59,484 nt of DNA, taken from positions 1 to 59,484 of the forward strand of contig JANWVZ010000001.1 of NCBI GenBank assembly GCA_025056555.1. Direction: 5' to 3'. This DNA is from Gemmatales bacterium (lineage in GTDB: Bacteria > Planctomycetota > Planctomycetia > Gemmatales > HRBIN36). The notes under the pieces were generated by a model that saw nothing but the letters and a program-made list of their open reading frames with translations, searched no databases and was not told where the DNA came from. Of the stretch, positions 38,028 through 48,637 are shown piece after piece (the first letter of the stretch is position 1; each line of letters begins with the position of its first letter). Position numbers and translations under genes: made by a program.

Positions 38028-39422
38028 TTAGTAGGCGTTGCGATGCACCAGGCCCCGCCAGAGCGTCAGCCACAATATCCGCAGATCGAACCAGGGATTC
38101 CAATGGGTGATGTAATACAAATCGTATTGCAGGCGTTTGCGTAACGAGGTATCGCCGCGCCAACCGTTGACTTGGGCCCAACCGGTCATGCCGGCTTTGA
38201 CCATATGTCGTGCCATGTAGTGGGGCATCGTTTTTCGGAATCGTTCGACGAAACAGGGGCGTTCGGGTCGAGGCCCTACCAGACTCATGTCGCCCTTGAG
38301 AACGTTGAACAATTGCGGTAGTTCGTCCAGGCTCGTGCGCCGCAAGAGGGCACCAAACCAGGTGCAGCGGGGATCGTTGGGCTTGGTGAACACCGGGCCG
38401 GTTTCCTTCTCCGCATCCACCCGCATCGTGCGAAACTTGAGCATCTGGAAGGTCTTCCCGTCCAAGCCACATCGTTCCTGCCGATAAAAGACCGGGCCGC
38501 GACTGGTGAGTTTGATGAGTATCCCGATGAGGACCATCAAGGGTAAGAGAACGACAATAGCGGTAAGGGAAATGGCAATGTCCATAACCCGTTTGACCAG
38601 GCGATTGACGCCGACATACGGACTTTCACGCAGGTGTACCAGAGTCATGCCATCGAACTGTGTCGTCGCCAAGGAAAACGGCGTCAGGCTGGGCGTGTCT
38701 GCGACCAGGCGAACTTCGGCCAAGGAATCGGCCAGAACGGCAAAGACACGCCGAACTTCGTCAAAACGCTTCCAGGGCAGAGCGATGAAAACTTGACGCA
38801 CCCCCTTCTCCTGAACAAGCCGCGGCAAATCGTTAATGCCTCCGACGATATACAGGTCATTCGTCCACCGGCTCGGACGGTCTTCGATGTAACCGTATAA
38901 CCGCAATCCTGTCCAGCGGTGGCGCAGTAAGGAACGCGCCAAACGCCGTGCAGTACGCCCCGTACCCACGATCAGGACGGGAATGTGATTGTAACCGCGC
39001 TGACGCAGAGAGTGCAGCAACGCCCATGCTAGACGCCGACCCAACACCAGCAAGCTGGCTAACAGAATGCCAAAATAGCCCAGCGTCAGACGGGAATCGT
39101 ATTCCTGTTTGGTGAAAAACAGCAAGGCCAGCACTAACAACACCGTCAGAGCCGCCCCTTTGAGCGCGGCGGCCAGTTCTTCTCGAAACCGCCGCAAACG
39201 GTGCACTTCATACAACCCGGCCAAGCGGTAGGCCAACCACCCCAGCAGAATCACCAGCGGCATTAATTGCCAACACAGTTCCCAGGAGGGCGGTGTATGA
39301 AACAGGGGTACTGGCCAGCCGCTAGTGCGAAGATAATACGCCCCCAGCCAAGCGACAACCGTCCATATCGCATCCCAAATGACCAAAAGCCACAAGACGG
39401 GCTGCTGGACTCGGCGAATCAT
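38028..39422 (-). CDS. exopolysaccharide polyprenyl glycosylphosphotransferase (bacterial sugar transferase, WcaJ/WbaP-like)
   Basis: 464-aa ORF with N-terminal TM helices. The C-terminal catalytic core is KRVMDIAISL...LTSRGPVFYRQERCGLDGKTFQMLKFRTM...DELPQLFNVLKGDMSLVGPRPE. Confidence 0.9.
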   Translation of the reverse strand: MIRRVQQPVLWLLVIWDAIWTVVAWLGAYYLRTSGWPVPLFHTPPSWELCWQLMPLVILLGWLAYRLAGLYEVHRLRRFREELAAALKGAALTVLLVLALLFFTKQEYDSRLTLGYFGILLASLLVLGRRLAWALLHSLRQRGYNHIPVLIVGTGRTARRLARSLLRHRWTGLRLYGYIEDRPSRWTNDLYIVGGINDLPRLVQEKGVRQVFIALPWKRFDEVRRVFAVLADSLAEVRLVADTPSLTPFSLATTQFDGMTLVHLRESPYVGVNRLVKRVMDIAISLTAIVVLLPLMVLIGILIKLTSRGPVFYRQERCGLDGKTFQMLKFRTMRVDAEKETGPVFTKPNDPRCTWFGALLRRTSLDELPQLFNVLKGDMSLVGPRPERPCFVERFRKTMPHYMARHMVKAGMTGWAQVNGWRGDTSLRKRLQYDLYYITHWNPWFDLRILWLTLWRGLVHRNAY

Positions 39423-39611
39423 GCCCCTAGCTCCCTATTCAGGACGCCGACCGTTGAGGGGGTTCTCCCAACCAGCCGCCCATTTAGCGGATGTCGCCCA
39501 GTGTTGTCAATACCGCCACCGCCGAGCGGAGGGCATTGATTTTGGCAGGACGGGGTGATATACATATGTACAAGTGTCGCAAACCACTCAGCCTGCAAAC
39601 GGAGGAGCCGT

Positions 39612-40697
39612 ATGGCGACCGCCAACTCGGGTAGCGGAATGGATAGTCGAGAGCTGAAACTGGCGTTGCAGCAGATTGAAAAACAATTCGGCAAAGGGGC
39701 CATCATGCAACTCGGCGAAAGCCCCGTGGCCGACGTACCCGGCATCAGCACTGGTGCGTTGAGTCTGGACATCGCCTTGGGCGGACATGGTTTGCCGCGC
39801 GGGCGGATTATCGAGATTTTCGGCCCTGAATCGAGCGGCAAGACAACCATCGCTCTCCACGCCATTGCTAATGCCCAGAAACAAGGGGGCGTCGCGGCTT
39901 TTATAGACGCTGAGCACGCCCTGGATCCTTCCTGGGCCAAACGTCTGGGCGTTGATCTCGAGGGCCTTCTCGTCAGCCAACCCTCTTGCGGCGAGGAAGC
40001 GCTCAAGATAGCTGAGATGCTGGTCAAATCGAACGCCGTGGATATTATCGTCGTGGACTCAGTGGCTGCCCTGGTCCCCAAGGCAGAGGTGGAGGGCGAG
40101 ATTGGCGATTCGCACGTCGGTTTACAGGCACGGTTGATGAGTCAGGCGCTGCGCGTGCTCACGCCGATTATTTCCCGCACGCGGACGTGCATGGTGTTTA
40201 TTAACCAGATCCGCCAACGGATTGGCGTCATGTTTGGCAATCCCGAAACGACTTCCGGAGGCTTGGCCCTGAAGTTTTACAGTTCAGTTCGATTGGAAGT
40301 TCGTAAGGTTACCAGCATCAAGGAAGGCGAAGAGGTCGTCGGCTCGCGCATTCGCGCTAAAGTAGTCAAGAACAAAATCGCTCCGCCGTTCAAGAGTGCC
40401 GAGTTTGATCTCATGCATGATTACGGCATCAGTCGCGAAGGCGATGTGCTCGATCTTGCCCTGGAAGACAAGATTGTGGACAAGAGCGGTGCCTGGCTGA
40501 CGTATGGTAATCATCGGCTGGGGCAGGGACGCGAAAACGCCAAAGCCTATCTCCGTGAACATCCGCAAGTCCTCGACGACTTATCGCGCAAGATTCTGCA
40601 AAAGCGTGGCCTCCTGCCGCAGGCCGCTCCTGCTACTAATGGCAAATCGGAAGAGGAAACCACGACCAGGCCGCGGAAAGCTACTGAACGCCAGTGA
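39612..40697 (+). CDS. recA: recombinase RecA
   Basis: Start set at ATG 39612 with GGAGG at 39601. [17 protein letters not shown], Walker [55 protein letters not shown]. Confidence 0.97.
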   Translation: MATANSGSGMDSRELKLALQQIEKQFGKGAIMQLGESPVADVPGISTGALSLDIALGGHGLPRGRIIEIFGPESSGKTTIALHAIANAQKQGGVAAFIDAEHALDPSWAKRLGVDLEGLLVSQPSCGEEALKIAEMLVKSNAVDIIVVDSVAALVPKAEVEGEIGDSHVGLQARLMSQALRVLTPIISRTRTCMVFINQIRQRIGVMFGNPETTSGGLALKFYSSVRLEVRKVTSIKEGEEVVGSRIRAKVVKNKIAPPFKSAEFDLMHDYGISREGDVLDLALEDKIVDKSGAWLTYGNHRLGQGRENAKAYLREHPQVLDDLSRKILQKRGLLPQAAPATNGKSEEETTTRPRKATERQ

Positions 40698-41943
40698 CGG
40701 CCTCTGCTGAAACAGGGACTTCCTCGCCCAACACCGAAAACCTCGGAGCCGGTCAAACGGCCACCCCTTGCACTCCACGACATCTCGCAGTCGGTGATGG
40801 TTATCGGATCGAGAATCACTCGAATCAGCTTATGGCCGTGACCACGCTACTGTCGGTTTAGTGCCTCGCGGCAAAACACCTCTGACCGAGGGCAGAAATT
40901 CGCTCATGCAATTTATGGGCGTAATCACACGGATCCTTCGCGGGAGGCGTCAGTCCTGCCGCAAAGAATTGCGAGGGGGGAGACGAACTCCTGGCGATAC
41001 TCTGCTCACGCCGCATCTCCCAGGCGAACTGTTGCTCGCGAATCCATTGTCGTCGTCGGGTGCGTCTGGATTGTGGAGCAACCACCTCAGAGCTACAGGA
41101 ATGCTTAGGGCTGATCGCTAACCCGTTATTGCTCAGTGCCGGGGCGAAATGAACCGGATTCGTGGTTTCTGACGACCACGGGGATACTGCAACCAGCGGA
41201 TTTCAGCTAAGAGACGATCCAGCAATTGCCAACCCGGCGCTTGGGCACAAGTCCAATTGCCATACTCGTTGCCTCTCGAAACACGGTTACTGGCTCCTTC
41301 ACCTGGGCACGGGGGAGAGGTATCGTATAAAGATTCCAGCGGCGGGGTGTCGCTGTGTGTCGTTGCTGGACCACGGCCTATAGCCACCGGGCGACGCTGT
41401 CCCTCGGCGTCAATCACCGCCCAAGTTGCCTGCTCAACTGGTAAAGAAGCTGCGGCAAGTCGCATCAGTGACACCGTAGCCAATGGCACGTGGTTCGGCT
41501 CGCCAGGAATTGAGCGCGGCGGCAGATGGTTTGCCTGAAGGGAGCTTTCCGACGGGAAAGCTGCGCTCGACGGGAGGAGGGAGCGCGGCAGCCGCGCCAT
41601 TCTTATCTTCTGCCGCGCTCCGAGGTCTGGCCATGCGGCACGGGATAAATTCAACAAATCACGTGCCAACCCAGACTGTTCCAATCGATGCAAACGAAAA
41701 CTGGCTTCGATCTCACGCCAACCGAACAGTTATCACTCGCGGAACACTGCGTATCCAGGCCATTCGCAGTGCAGGCAAATTACAACACGATAACGCATCT
41801 TGGCTCTCAATTCTGAGCCACTATTGGGCGATTTGTTTTCTTCAAGCGACGTTTTTCTGCGTGGCCCGAAGTCGCTGTTAGCGCAAAGGGACACGAATGC
41901 GGAAACGCTCCACGTTTTGAGCAACACGATTCCCACGGGGCGG

Positions 41944-42957
41944 TTACTCTTCGTCTTCCTCTTCTTCCTCCTCGTCTTCAACTTCCTCGTCTTCGTCCGA
42001 TTCTTCGTCCATATCAGTGATGGGTTGGCCGGGCCGCCAGAAGAACTCGCGCTTGATATCCTGGCGGCTGGCCAGCATGAGCACCAGCAGGGACGCCAGT
42101 CCCATCAGTGGGAACGGCAAGGTAAGGAGAAGACCGAGGAACTTACCGAGATACTCGTAGACATCTCCACCGCTGTCGCTCATCACCTGATAGAACAGAT
42201 AACCCGGCATGACCGCTGCCGCCAAGCCTGTGATGGTGCCGGTCACGGTACCAATCATGACCCAGTTGTAAGAATCGAAGCGCCGAAACTTCTCCGCGGC
42301 AGTCACTACCAGGCCCAGCAGGACTAAGAGCACAGTGGTCACCGCGATGAGAATCAGCTGCACCACGACGTAATGAGTATTTTCGCCGAAGATTCTTTCG
42401 GTAATCGAGAGAGGCCAGTCGCGTTGTTTCTGAAGTGCCGGAGCACCGCCCTGTTTGAGCGCCTTAGCCTGTTCTTCAGCGGCCTGGTTCAAATACATCT
42501 GCCGCTTGAAAGCCGACAAAACCGCATTACCGCTGAGCACCAGGAAAGCAATCACGGTGATGATGGCGCAATAGGTAGCCAATGCTTTATAGTAAAATCC
42601 CGGTTTATCCACTGAAGCTAAAGCACGCTCCCGTGCTTTGAGTCGTTCTGAGCGTCGGACGAGCTCGGAAACCCGATCTTCTTCTTCCTCTTGCTTTTGT
42701 GGGACCGGATCCTGTTTGATTCCGTAAGGAGAGCGATCCTCCCACTCGTCTTGCTTGATCGGGATCGGCGCCGCCCCGGCTGGAGCGTTGGCGTTTTTTG
42801 CCGTCGCCGGCTCACTGGCCTGGACGCCGGTCGTTTTCGGCTTGAGCTGGGGCAGCCGAAACCCTTTGCCACATTCCGGGCATTGCACGGCCTTGCCCGC
42901 CTGATCGTTGCCAAATTGGATTGGGCGCTGGCAACCAGGACAACGTAAGCGGATCAT
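41944..42957 (-). CDS. zinc-ribbon membrane protein with poly-acidic C-terminal tail
   Basis: GGAGG precedes the ATG at 42957. N-terminal CPGC...CPEC ribbon (MIRLRCPGCQRPIQFGNDQAGKAVQCPECG), four or more TM helices, and a C-terminal DEESDEDEEVEDEEEEEEDEE. Confidence 0.7.
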   Translation of the reverse strand: MIRLRCPGCQRPIQFGNDQAGKAVQCPECGKGFRLPQLKPKTTGVQASEPATAKNANAPAGAAPIPIKQDEWEDRSPYGIKQDPVPQKQEEEEDRVSELVRRSERLKARERALASVDKPGFYYKALATYCAIITVIAFLVLSGNAVLSAFKRQMYLNQAAEEQAKALKQGGAPALQKQRDWPLSITERIFGENTHYVVVQLILIAVTTVLLVLLGLVVTAAEKFRRFDSYNWVMIGTVTGTITGLAAAVMPGYLFYQVMSDSGGDVYEYLGKFLGLLLTLPFPLMGLASLLVLMLASRQDIKREFFWRPGQPITDMDEESDEDEEVEDEEEEEEDEE

Positions 42958-43112
42958 GGCGGCCTCCTGTATGAAGTAAAAAAGGTCAATTCCCCAAACC
43001 CGACCACTCCCCGAGCCCTACCCATCCGATATTTTAGCTAAGGACCCAGGGATGGGCACGCGATAACCGAAGTGGACACAGCGACGGATTGGCCGTTATT
43101 TACTGACGACTT

Positions 43113-44990
43113 CTACATGCGCTCCCAGACCCATTCGATTTCCAGTTCCGCGCACAATTCGGGCGTGGGAATGCCATGGGGGTTAGCCCAGTTCATCATA
43201 CGGTAGTACCACTGCAAGGCTTGGCGAAACTGGTCGCGGTCGAGCTTTTCGCCCTTCAACGCGCCGGCTTCCAATGGCTGGAAGAATCGCTCGGGAAGTG
43301 TATCTGCTTCGGTCGCTAAGCCCTCCCGGTGATTGTACAACCGATACAGGGCGTGTGCCCGCTCCGATGCTTTGAGCAATTCCCAAAGGCTCACGTCCCA
43401 TCCGGTCATGCCATTGAAATATCGCACCAGCTGCTCGAGGTCCAGCTTGCCAATAGGCACACCGACAAAACAACACATGCCCACGATGTTGTACAACGTC
43501 CAGAGTTTCTGCAGGTAAGCAAAAGCACGCACTTTGCGAGGCCCGAAGTCCAGCATGGGCACCGGTTCGATCAGTCCTAGCGCGGCCAGCGGGTGCTTGC
43601 CCGGATAGAAACCTTCATAAATGGGGTCGTGAGGAGCCTCCATATGATCGGCACCAGTGGGGCTGGTGGAGTAGGCCAAGGCCAGACTCTTCTTACCCCG
43701 GGGTTCATGCATGGGCACTTCCTGACCGCGCACGTGCAGGGCTAACGCTTCCGCACCCTGGCCCAGCCGCTTTGCGGCACGCCATACCCCCTCGGCCAGC
43801 AAGTCGCCAATACCCTCGCGTCGGGCAATGAGCGGAATTAATCGGATCGGCACCTCCGGGTCACCATAAGCCAGCGGAAAGCCTACGTCCGCGCGCGTCA
43901 GGATACCCAGACTGTAGGCTTCAATGGCAAAGGAAATCACGACACCGGTCGAGATGGTATCCAAGACATATTGGCTGCACAATTGATTAGCCAGAGCGAT
44001 GCGCTTCAGGTCGGCGATGCCATTCATCGTGCCGATAGCTGCGATGGTCTCGTATTCAGGCCCGCCATATTTGGGAATCACCCCCAGTTCCGGCACCGCC
44101 ACTTCCCGTTTGCAGGCCACCGCACAGGCATAGCACGTGCCCCGTCGTGTCAGAATGGTCTGCGCCATCCGCTCGCCGGTAACTTCCTGAAAATGGTCAA
44201 ACGCGCCGTCGCGAAAATGGCGCGTTGGTAATATACCTGCCGCCTGGAGATTTTTCACTCCCCGCGCCGTCCCATACAGGTGCATGGTGTCTTTAGTGCG
44301 GTCGTAGGTGCGCTTGAACCAGAGCAAGACCTCCTGCGTGACCTGCGGTTCTGCTGCAAGCGGTTTGTCGTGCCCACCCACAGCAATCGCTTTCAGGTTC
44401 TTGGCCCCCATGACCGCACCAAGTCCGCATCGGCCATGAAAGTGACGGCAATTATTCACCATGGCTGCGAACCGCACTCGTCTTTCACCGGCGATGCCTG
44501 TCTGCAAAACAACTACCCGCTGGTCTTTGCACTCAGCCTTAATACCATCATCCACATCCCCGGCGAGCTGTCCCCAGAAACGGCGGGCATCGCGGAATTC
44601 ACATCGGCCATCGTAAATAAGCAGCCAGGTGGGCAGGTCTGCGCGGCCGGTGATAATCAAGCCGTCGAATCCCGCTTGTCGTAGTGCCGGTCCCCAGTAT
44701 CCACCGGCTTCAGATTCACCGTAACCCCCTGTGAGCGGACTCTTAGCCACAGCCACGTAGCGATTGGCCCCCGATAACGCCGAACCGTTCATGGCGCTGG
44801 TGAAAAACATCAGCGGCGAACGCGGATCGAAGGCATCCCAGCCGCCATGCGTTTCCTTCAGCAGAAAATAAGCCCCGAGCAGTCCTCCGCCCAGATAGCG
44901 TCGCAGCGTCAAGTCATCCAGATGCTCAACACGGCTGCTCCGCTCACTCAGGTCAATGCGCAGAATCTTACCGGCATATCCACTGGCCAT
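43113..44990 (-). CDS. aor: aldehyde:ferredoxin oxidoreductase (AOR) family protein
   Basis: Start set at ATG 44990 (MASGYAGKILRIDLS...). AOR N-domain pattern, 4Fe-4S ligand motif CYACAVAC, long C-terminal AOR domains. Confidence 0.9.
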   Translation of the reverse strand: MASGYAGKILRIDLSERSSRVEHLDDLTLRRYLGGGLLGAYFLLKETHGGWDAFDPRSPLMFFTSAMNGSALSGANRYVAVAKSPLTGGYGESEAGGYWGPALRQAGFDGLIITGRADLPTWLLIYDGRCEFRDARRFWGQLAGDVDDGIKAECKDQRVVVLQTGIAGERRVRFAAMVNNCRHFHGRCGLGAVMGAKNLKAIAVGGHDKPLAAEPQVTQEVLLWFKRTYDRTKDTMHLYGTARGVKNLQAAGILPTRHFRDGAFDHFQEVTGERMAQTILTRRGTCYACAVACKREVAVPELGVIPKYGGPEYETIAAIGTMNGIADLKRIALANQLCSQYVLDTISTGVVISFAIEAYSLGILTRADVGFPLAYGDPEVPIRLIPLIARREGIGDLLAEGVWRAAKRLGQGAEALALHVRGQEVPMHEPRGKKSLALAYSTSPTGADHMEAPHDPIYEGFYPGKHPLAALGLIEPVPMLDFGPRKVRAFAYLQKLWTLYNIVGMCCFVGVPIGKLDLEQLVRYFNGMTGWDVSLWELLKASERAHALYRLYNHREGLATEADTLPERFFQPLEAGALKGEKLDRDQFRQALQWYYRMMNWANPHGIPTPELCAELEIEWVWERM

Positions 44991-45243
44991 GGCTGTTCTC
45001 CCGCAGTCTGCTGCTGGCCAATTCCCCCCCGAAATGGACAACTACATCGGCGTCGAGGCACCAGACTGCCCCGTTGGTGCATTCTAAGAACCAGTCCAGA
45101 CGCGCAGCGCGCCCATTCGCAGCCGCGCTACGGCCGGTTAAAAGAACGAGATAGATCAGCTATCGGGAAAGCAAATTTTCTTCGCGCGACTGGCGCCGGC
45201 AATAATCGCTCTCTACAGAAAGCGGCTCGGTTGGCGTCCCGAA

Positions 45244-47853
45244 TTACTCCGCTGCTTTTTTGCGATTGGCGACCACCTGTCGGCGGAGAAATTCCACCGC
45301 CATTTGTAATTGCCGGTCCGTGAACGGCTCTGGCGGCTCCATCTTGACCGGCTCTCGCGGTTGGATGATTTCATTACGGCGCAAGTGCTCGAACAGTTGA
45401 CCGCGTTCGCCAGTTTCCAGTTTGAGCGTGTAGTCCGGATGAGGTCGCACGCCCCAGTCATCCTCTTCTTTCGACTTGCGGTCTCGGGCCAGATTCTTGC
45501 CACTGGGCCGCCAGAAACTGGCCGTCGTCAATTTGATCTCCGCCGGTCCTTCTTTGACATCGAACTGAATCTCTGTAACGGTTTGTACACTCCCCTTGCC
45601 AAAACTGCGTTCTCCCATGATCACACCCCGACCGTGATCCTGAATACACGCCGACACGATCTCACTCGCACTGGCACTGCCCCCGTTAATCAGCACCACC
45701 AACGGAAAGTTAAGATAGCTATCCTCGTGTTCTCCTGAGTATTCGATTTCCCTGCCGCGCCGTGGTCGGACTGTCACGATCAAGCCGTCGTCCACAAACA
45801 TATCCGCAATCTTCACGGCCTGGTCCAGGTAGCCACCGGGGTTGAAACGCAGGTCGAGAATCAGACCATTCAAACCGCTCTGCGAAAGCTCTTTCAGCGC
45901 CGCCTGCAAGTCTCGCGCGGTGAAGCGTGCGAATTGACTCAGCCGTATATAGGCAATCTTGTTCTGCGGATCTATGTAGTAATCCCAGGTGTCATCCGGC
46001 TTGCGTCGCACTCCGAAGACCGTCTCCACCTCAATGCGACTGCGGGTCAGACGAAACTCCAACTGTTTCTTCTTGCCATCAGCCGTTTCCCGCTCGATGT
46101 GGAGCTGAACCTCGGTGCCCTCCTTACCCAGAATCTTGTTGACAACGTCCCGAATGCTCATCCCTTTTGTGGAAATGAACTCGGGTTCTTCCAGACGCTT
46201 GCCTTCCTTGTCCACGAAATTGGTGACGCCCACAATCAAATCGCCGGTCTGAATCCCGGCTTTGTAAGCGGGACTGTTACGCAACGGCGTGATTACCCGC
46301 ACCATGTCGCTTCCCAAGTCCTTCTGAATCTGCACACCCACACCGATAAACACCTGTTGGGTCTGCCGTTCGATGTCGGCCACGATTTCCGGTTCAATGA
46401 AGGCGGAATAGTTATCGAGGCTATGGAGCATGGCATCACAGGCGCGATAGACTGCCTTGTTACCCTTGATGTCATCGCGCTGGCCGATTTTCAGACGCAC
46501 ATCCATCAACAGCTCCCGAATTTCTGCGGTGGTCATCCGACCTATGTTGTCGAGGCGCCTATTGATTTCGGGGGGTACTTTCTCCTGCATGTAGGTGTAC
46601 AAACCGCGCACCGCGGCCGGGATCAGGTCCTGATGGTCCACAGGTTTGACATAGTTGGCCCGGGCTATGTTCGCGACACGCAGCACACGATCGGCAAACA
46701 ACTCGGCTTCCTTCTGGCTCACTTGCAGGGATTTCAAATACTGGTTGCGTTCGACCCGCAATTGCTGGGCTGATAGTTTTCCCTCGGCATAAGCCAGGTA
46801 ATGCTTGCGCATCTGGCGTGGCAGTTCGAAGCGGGGTATTTGCGCCAGAAGAGTCTTCCCCTCGTTGATCATCTCCTGGGACAAGTCGTCTGCCACTGCC
46901 CGCTTCAGGAAAGCTGCTATCCGAGATTGCGTCACTCCATATTGCTCGGCGTAGCTCGCTAAGGCGAACTGGCCCTGCGTAAACGCTGCCAGCACGGACT
47001 GCGCTTTACCCGTTATCAGCTTGGTGCGTTGGGGATATTCCTTTTGCGCATACTGGAAGAGTTCACTGATGGTGATCACGCCGTCCGTCTCGCCACCGTC
47101 CGTGTCCGCGCGTCCCTTGAGACCGTCCAGTAACACTTCAAGGAACACGCCTTGCCCGCTCTGCTTATTTTCCGCAGAGGGAGTGGTTCCGTCGTTCGCT
47201 GACAACAGTGCCACGGGAGGTAACACGCGCCGCCGATCTTCCCCATCGTCGTCGCCGGCGCGGTCAAATTCCTGAAAACGCTTTTCCAATCCGAGGGTGG
47301 ATATCTTCTCCTTGTTCTCGTCGTAACCGCGGAAATTCACGTCGAGGAACGCGACTATCCGAGTACTCTTGCTTCGCTCCAGCAACTGCTCTAATTCGCC
47401 GGCGCTGATGGCTGTCTTAGCCCGCTCTTTGAAGTTAGAATCGGTGGCAAAATAACAGGTGCGGTCTCCCACCGGCGCTCCTTGACCGAACCAGGCGAGC
47501 AATACCAAGTCGTCTTCCTGCGCTTGTTCGAGTGCCCAACGCAACGCTTGCCAGATGTTTTCACGCGTAGCCTGCACCGCTCCGGCCTGTCGGGCCGGCT
47601 GCCCCAACAGCAGTCGCACGCGATTGGCCGGCACGCGCGCGCCCTGATCGCTGGTCAGCCAACGGTACAGGGCCACTGCATCTGCTTCGGCAAACGAACG
47701 CGGCAATATCGCTTCATCCTCGTACCGATCAATCCCCACGATAACCGTATAGGTCGGGCCGGGACTGTCCGCTCGTGCTACTGACGCCGCCAGCAACCAG
47801 CCCAGCCAGACCGCTACGGCCCACCGACTCCGTACCTGTTTGCCTAACTGCAT
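45244..47853 (-). CDS. secreted fusion of a caspase-like (C14) domain lacking the catalytic dyad, a PDZ-like region and an S41 (C-terminal processing) peptidase
   Basis: Start set at ATG 47853 (GAGGGA upstream), giving the signal peptide MQLGKQVRSRWAVAVWLGWLLAASVARA. The caspase-like core is at 47320-47754. The S41 motifs GGSASASEIVSACIQD and GERSFGKGSVQ are intact. ATGs at 47868 and 47934 are alternative starts. Confidence 0.85.
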   Translation of the reverse strand: MQLGKQVRSRWAVAVWLGWLLAASVARADSPGPTYTVIVGIDRYEDEAILPRSFAEADAVALYRWLTSDQGARVPANRVRLLLGQPARQAGAVQATRENIWQALRWALEQAQEDDLVLLAWFGQGAPVGDRTCYFATDSNFKERAKTAISAGELEQLLERSKSTRIVAFLDVNFRGYDENKEKISTLGLEKRFQEFDRAGDDDGEDRRRVLPPVALLSANDGTTPSAENKQSGQGVFLEVLLDGLKGRADTDGGETDGVITISELFQYAQKEYPQRTKLITGKAQSVLAAFTQGQFALASYAEQYGVTQSRIAAFLKRAVADDLSQEMINEGKTLLAQIPRFELPRQMRKHYLAYAEGKLSAQQLRVERNQYLKSLQVSQKEAELFADRVLRVANIARANYVKPVDHQDLIPAAVRGLYTYMQEKVPPEINRRLDNIGRMTTAEIRELLMDVRLKIGQRDDIKGNKAVYRACDAMLHSLDNYSAFIEPEIVADIERQTQQVFIGVGVQIQKDLGSDMVRVITPLRNSPAYKAGIQTGDLIVGVTNFVDKEGKRLEEPEFISTKGMSIRDVVNKILGKEGTEVQLHIERETADGKKKQLEFRLTRSRIEVETVFGVRRKPDDTWDYYIDPQNKIAYIRLSQFARFTARDLQAALKELSQSGLNGLILDLRFNPGGYLDQAVKIADMFVDDGLIVTVRPRRGREIEYSGEHEDSYLNFPLVVLINGGSASASEIVSACIQDHGRGVIMGERSFGKGSVQTVTEIQFDVKEGPAEIKLTTASFWRPSGKNLARDRKSKEEDDWGVRPHPDYTLKLETGERGQLFEHLRRNEIIQPREPVKMEPPEPFTDRQLQMAVEFLRRQVVANRKKAAE

Positions 47854-48637
47854 TGTCTTGTCCCTCATTGTGCTGATGGTTTCCTGGAAAAGCGGCACGC
47901 TGGTCATTGTGCCAGGTGTACTCTCGCCCGTCAATGCGCTCTCCCCTACGCATACATATTATTCACCCGCAGCACCCATAGATGTGCCAGCAATAACACT
48001 TCAGCCGGCACGCTCAGGTGCCCTTGACGCCGCTATGCCAGCTGCTTATTGTGGCCATTCATTACCCTTGACCAGGTCGCGATACCTGACCAGTGGAAGG
48101 GTCGGCTTCGGAGCCAGTGCCGGGTAAGGTCAAGTGGTCGCAGCACAGGCCAAGGAAGGCCGACTTTATGGCATGGAAGCCGAGAATCCCTGCACACACT
48201 TTCGTCTCCCGGCACTGCCTTCGTAGCCGAGGGTCATCACTTTACTTTCCTGATGCGACCCTCCGAAGATATGACGAACGAAGGTTGTCGCAGTAATGCC
48301 AGTCGTCGCACGAGGCATCTACTTCCCAATTACACCATTGAGCTCGCTCGTCCCAATACTCAATGCCCTCTGGACTTGATGCTCCACTACAGATTTGCTC
48401 CTGGGCTGCACCCAGAAGCCGGCCCGCACGTTCCCAGCCCCTGCTTAGCGACATCTCTTTAGCCAACATGACTTTGCCGATAGAGCTAAGGTTACCGCCT
48501 GTAATGTAGCAACGTGGGCTGATAGCTCATGAAAACGGCAGGATGTTTTGTCCCAGAGCGGATAGACTTGATCGGCCCTGCGTCGCTCGCCCTTTTTGCA
48601 ATCTCAGTCGCGGGTCATGGTCCTGGAGGATGTGGGT

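Noticed and set aside
41133-41693. 186-aa minus-strand ORF as a real gene.
   Set aside because: TTG start, no SD, and a low-complexity Pro/Ser/Ala/Arg-rich translation. It is kept only as part of the possible-pseudogene observation.
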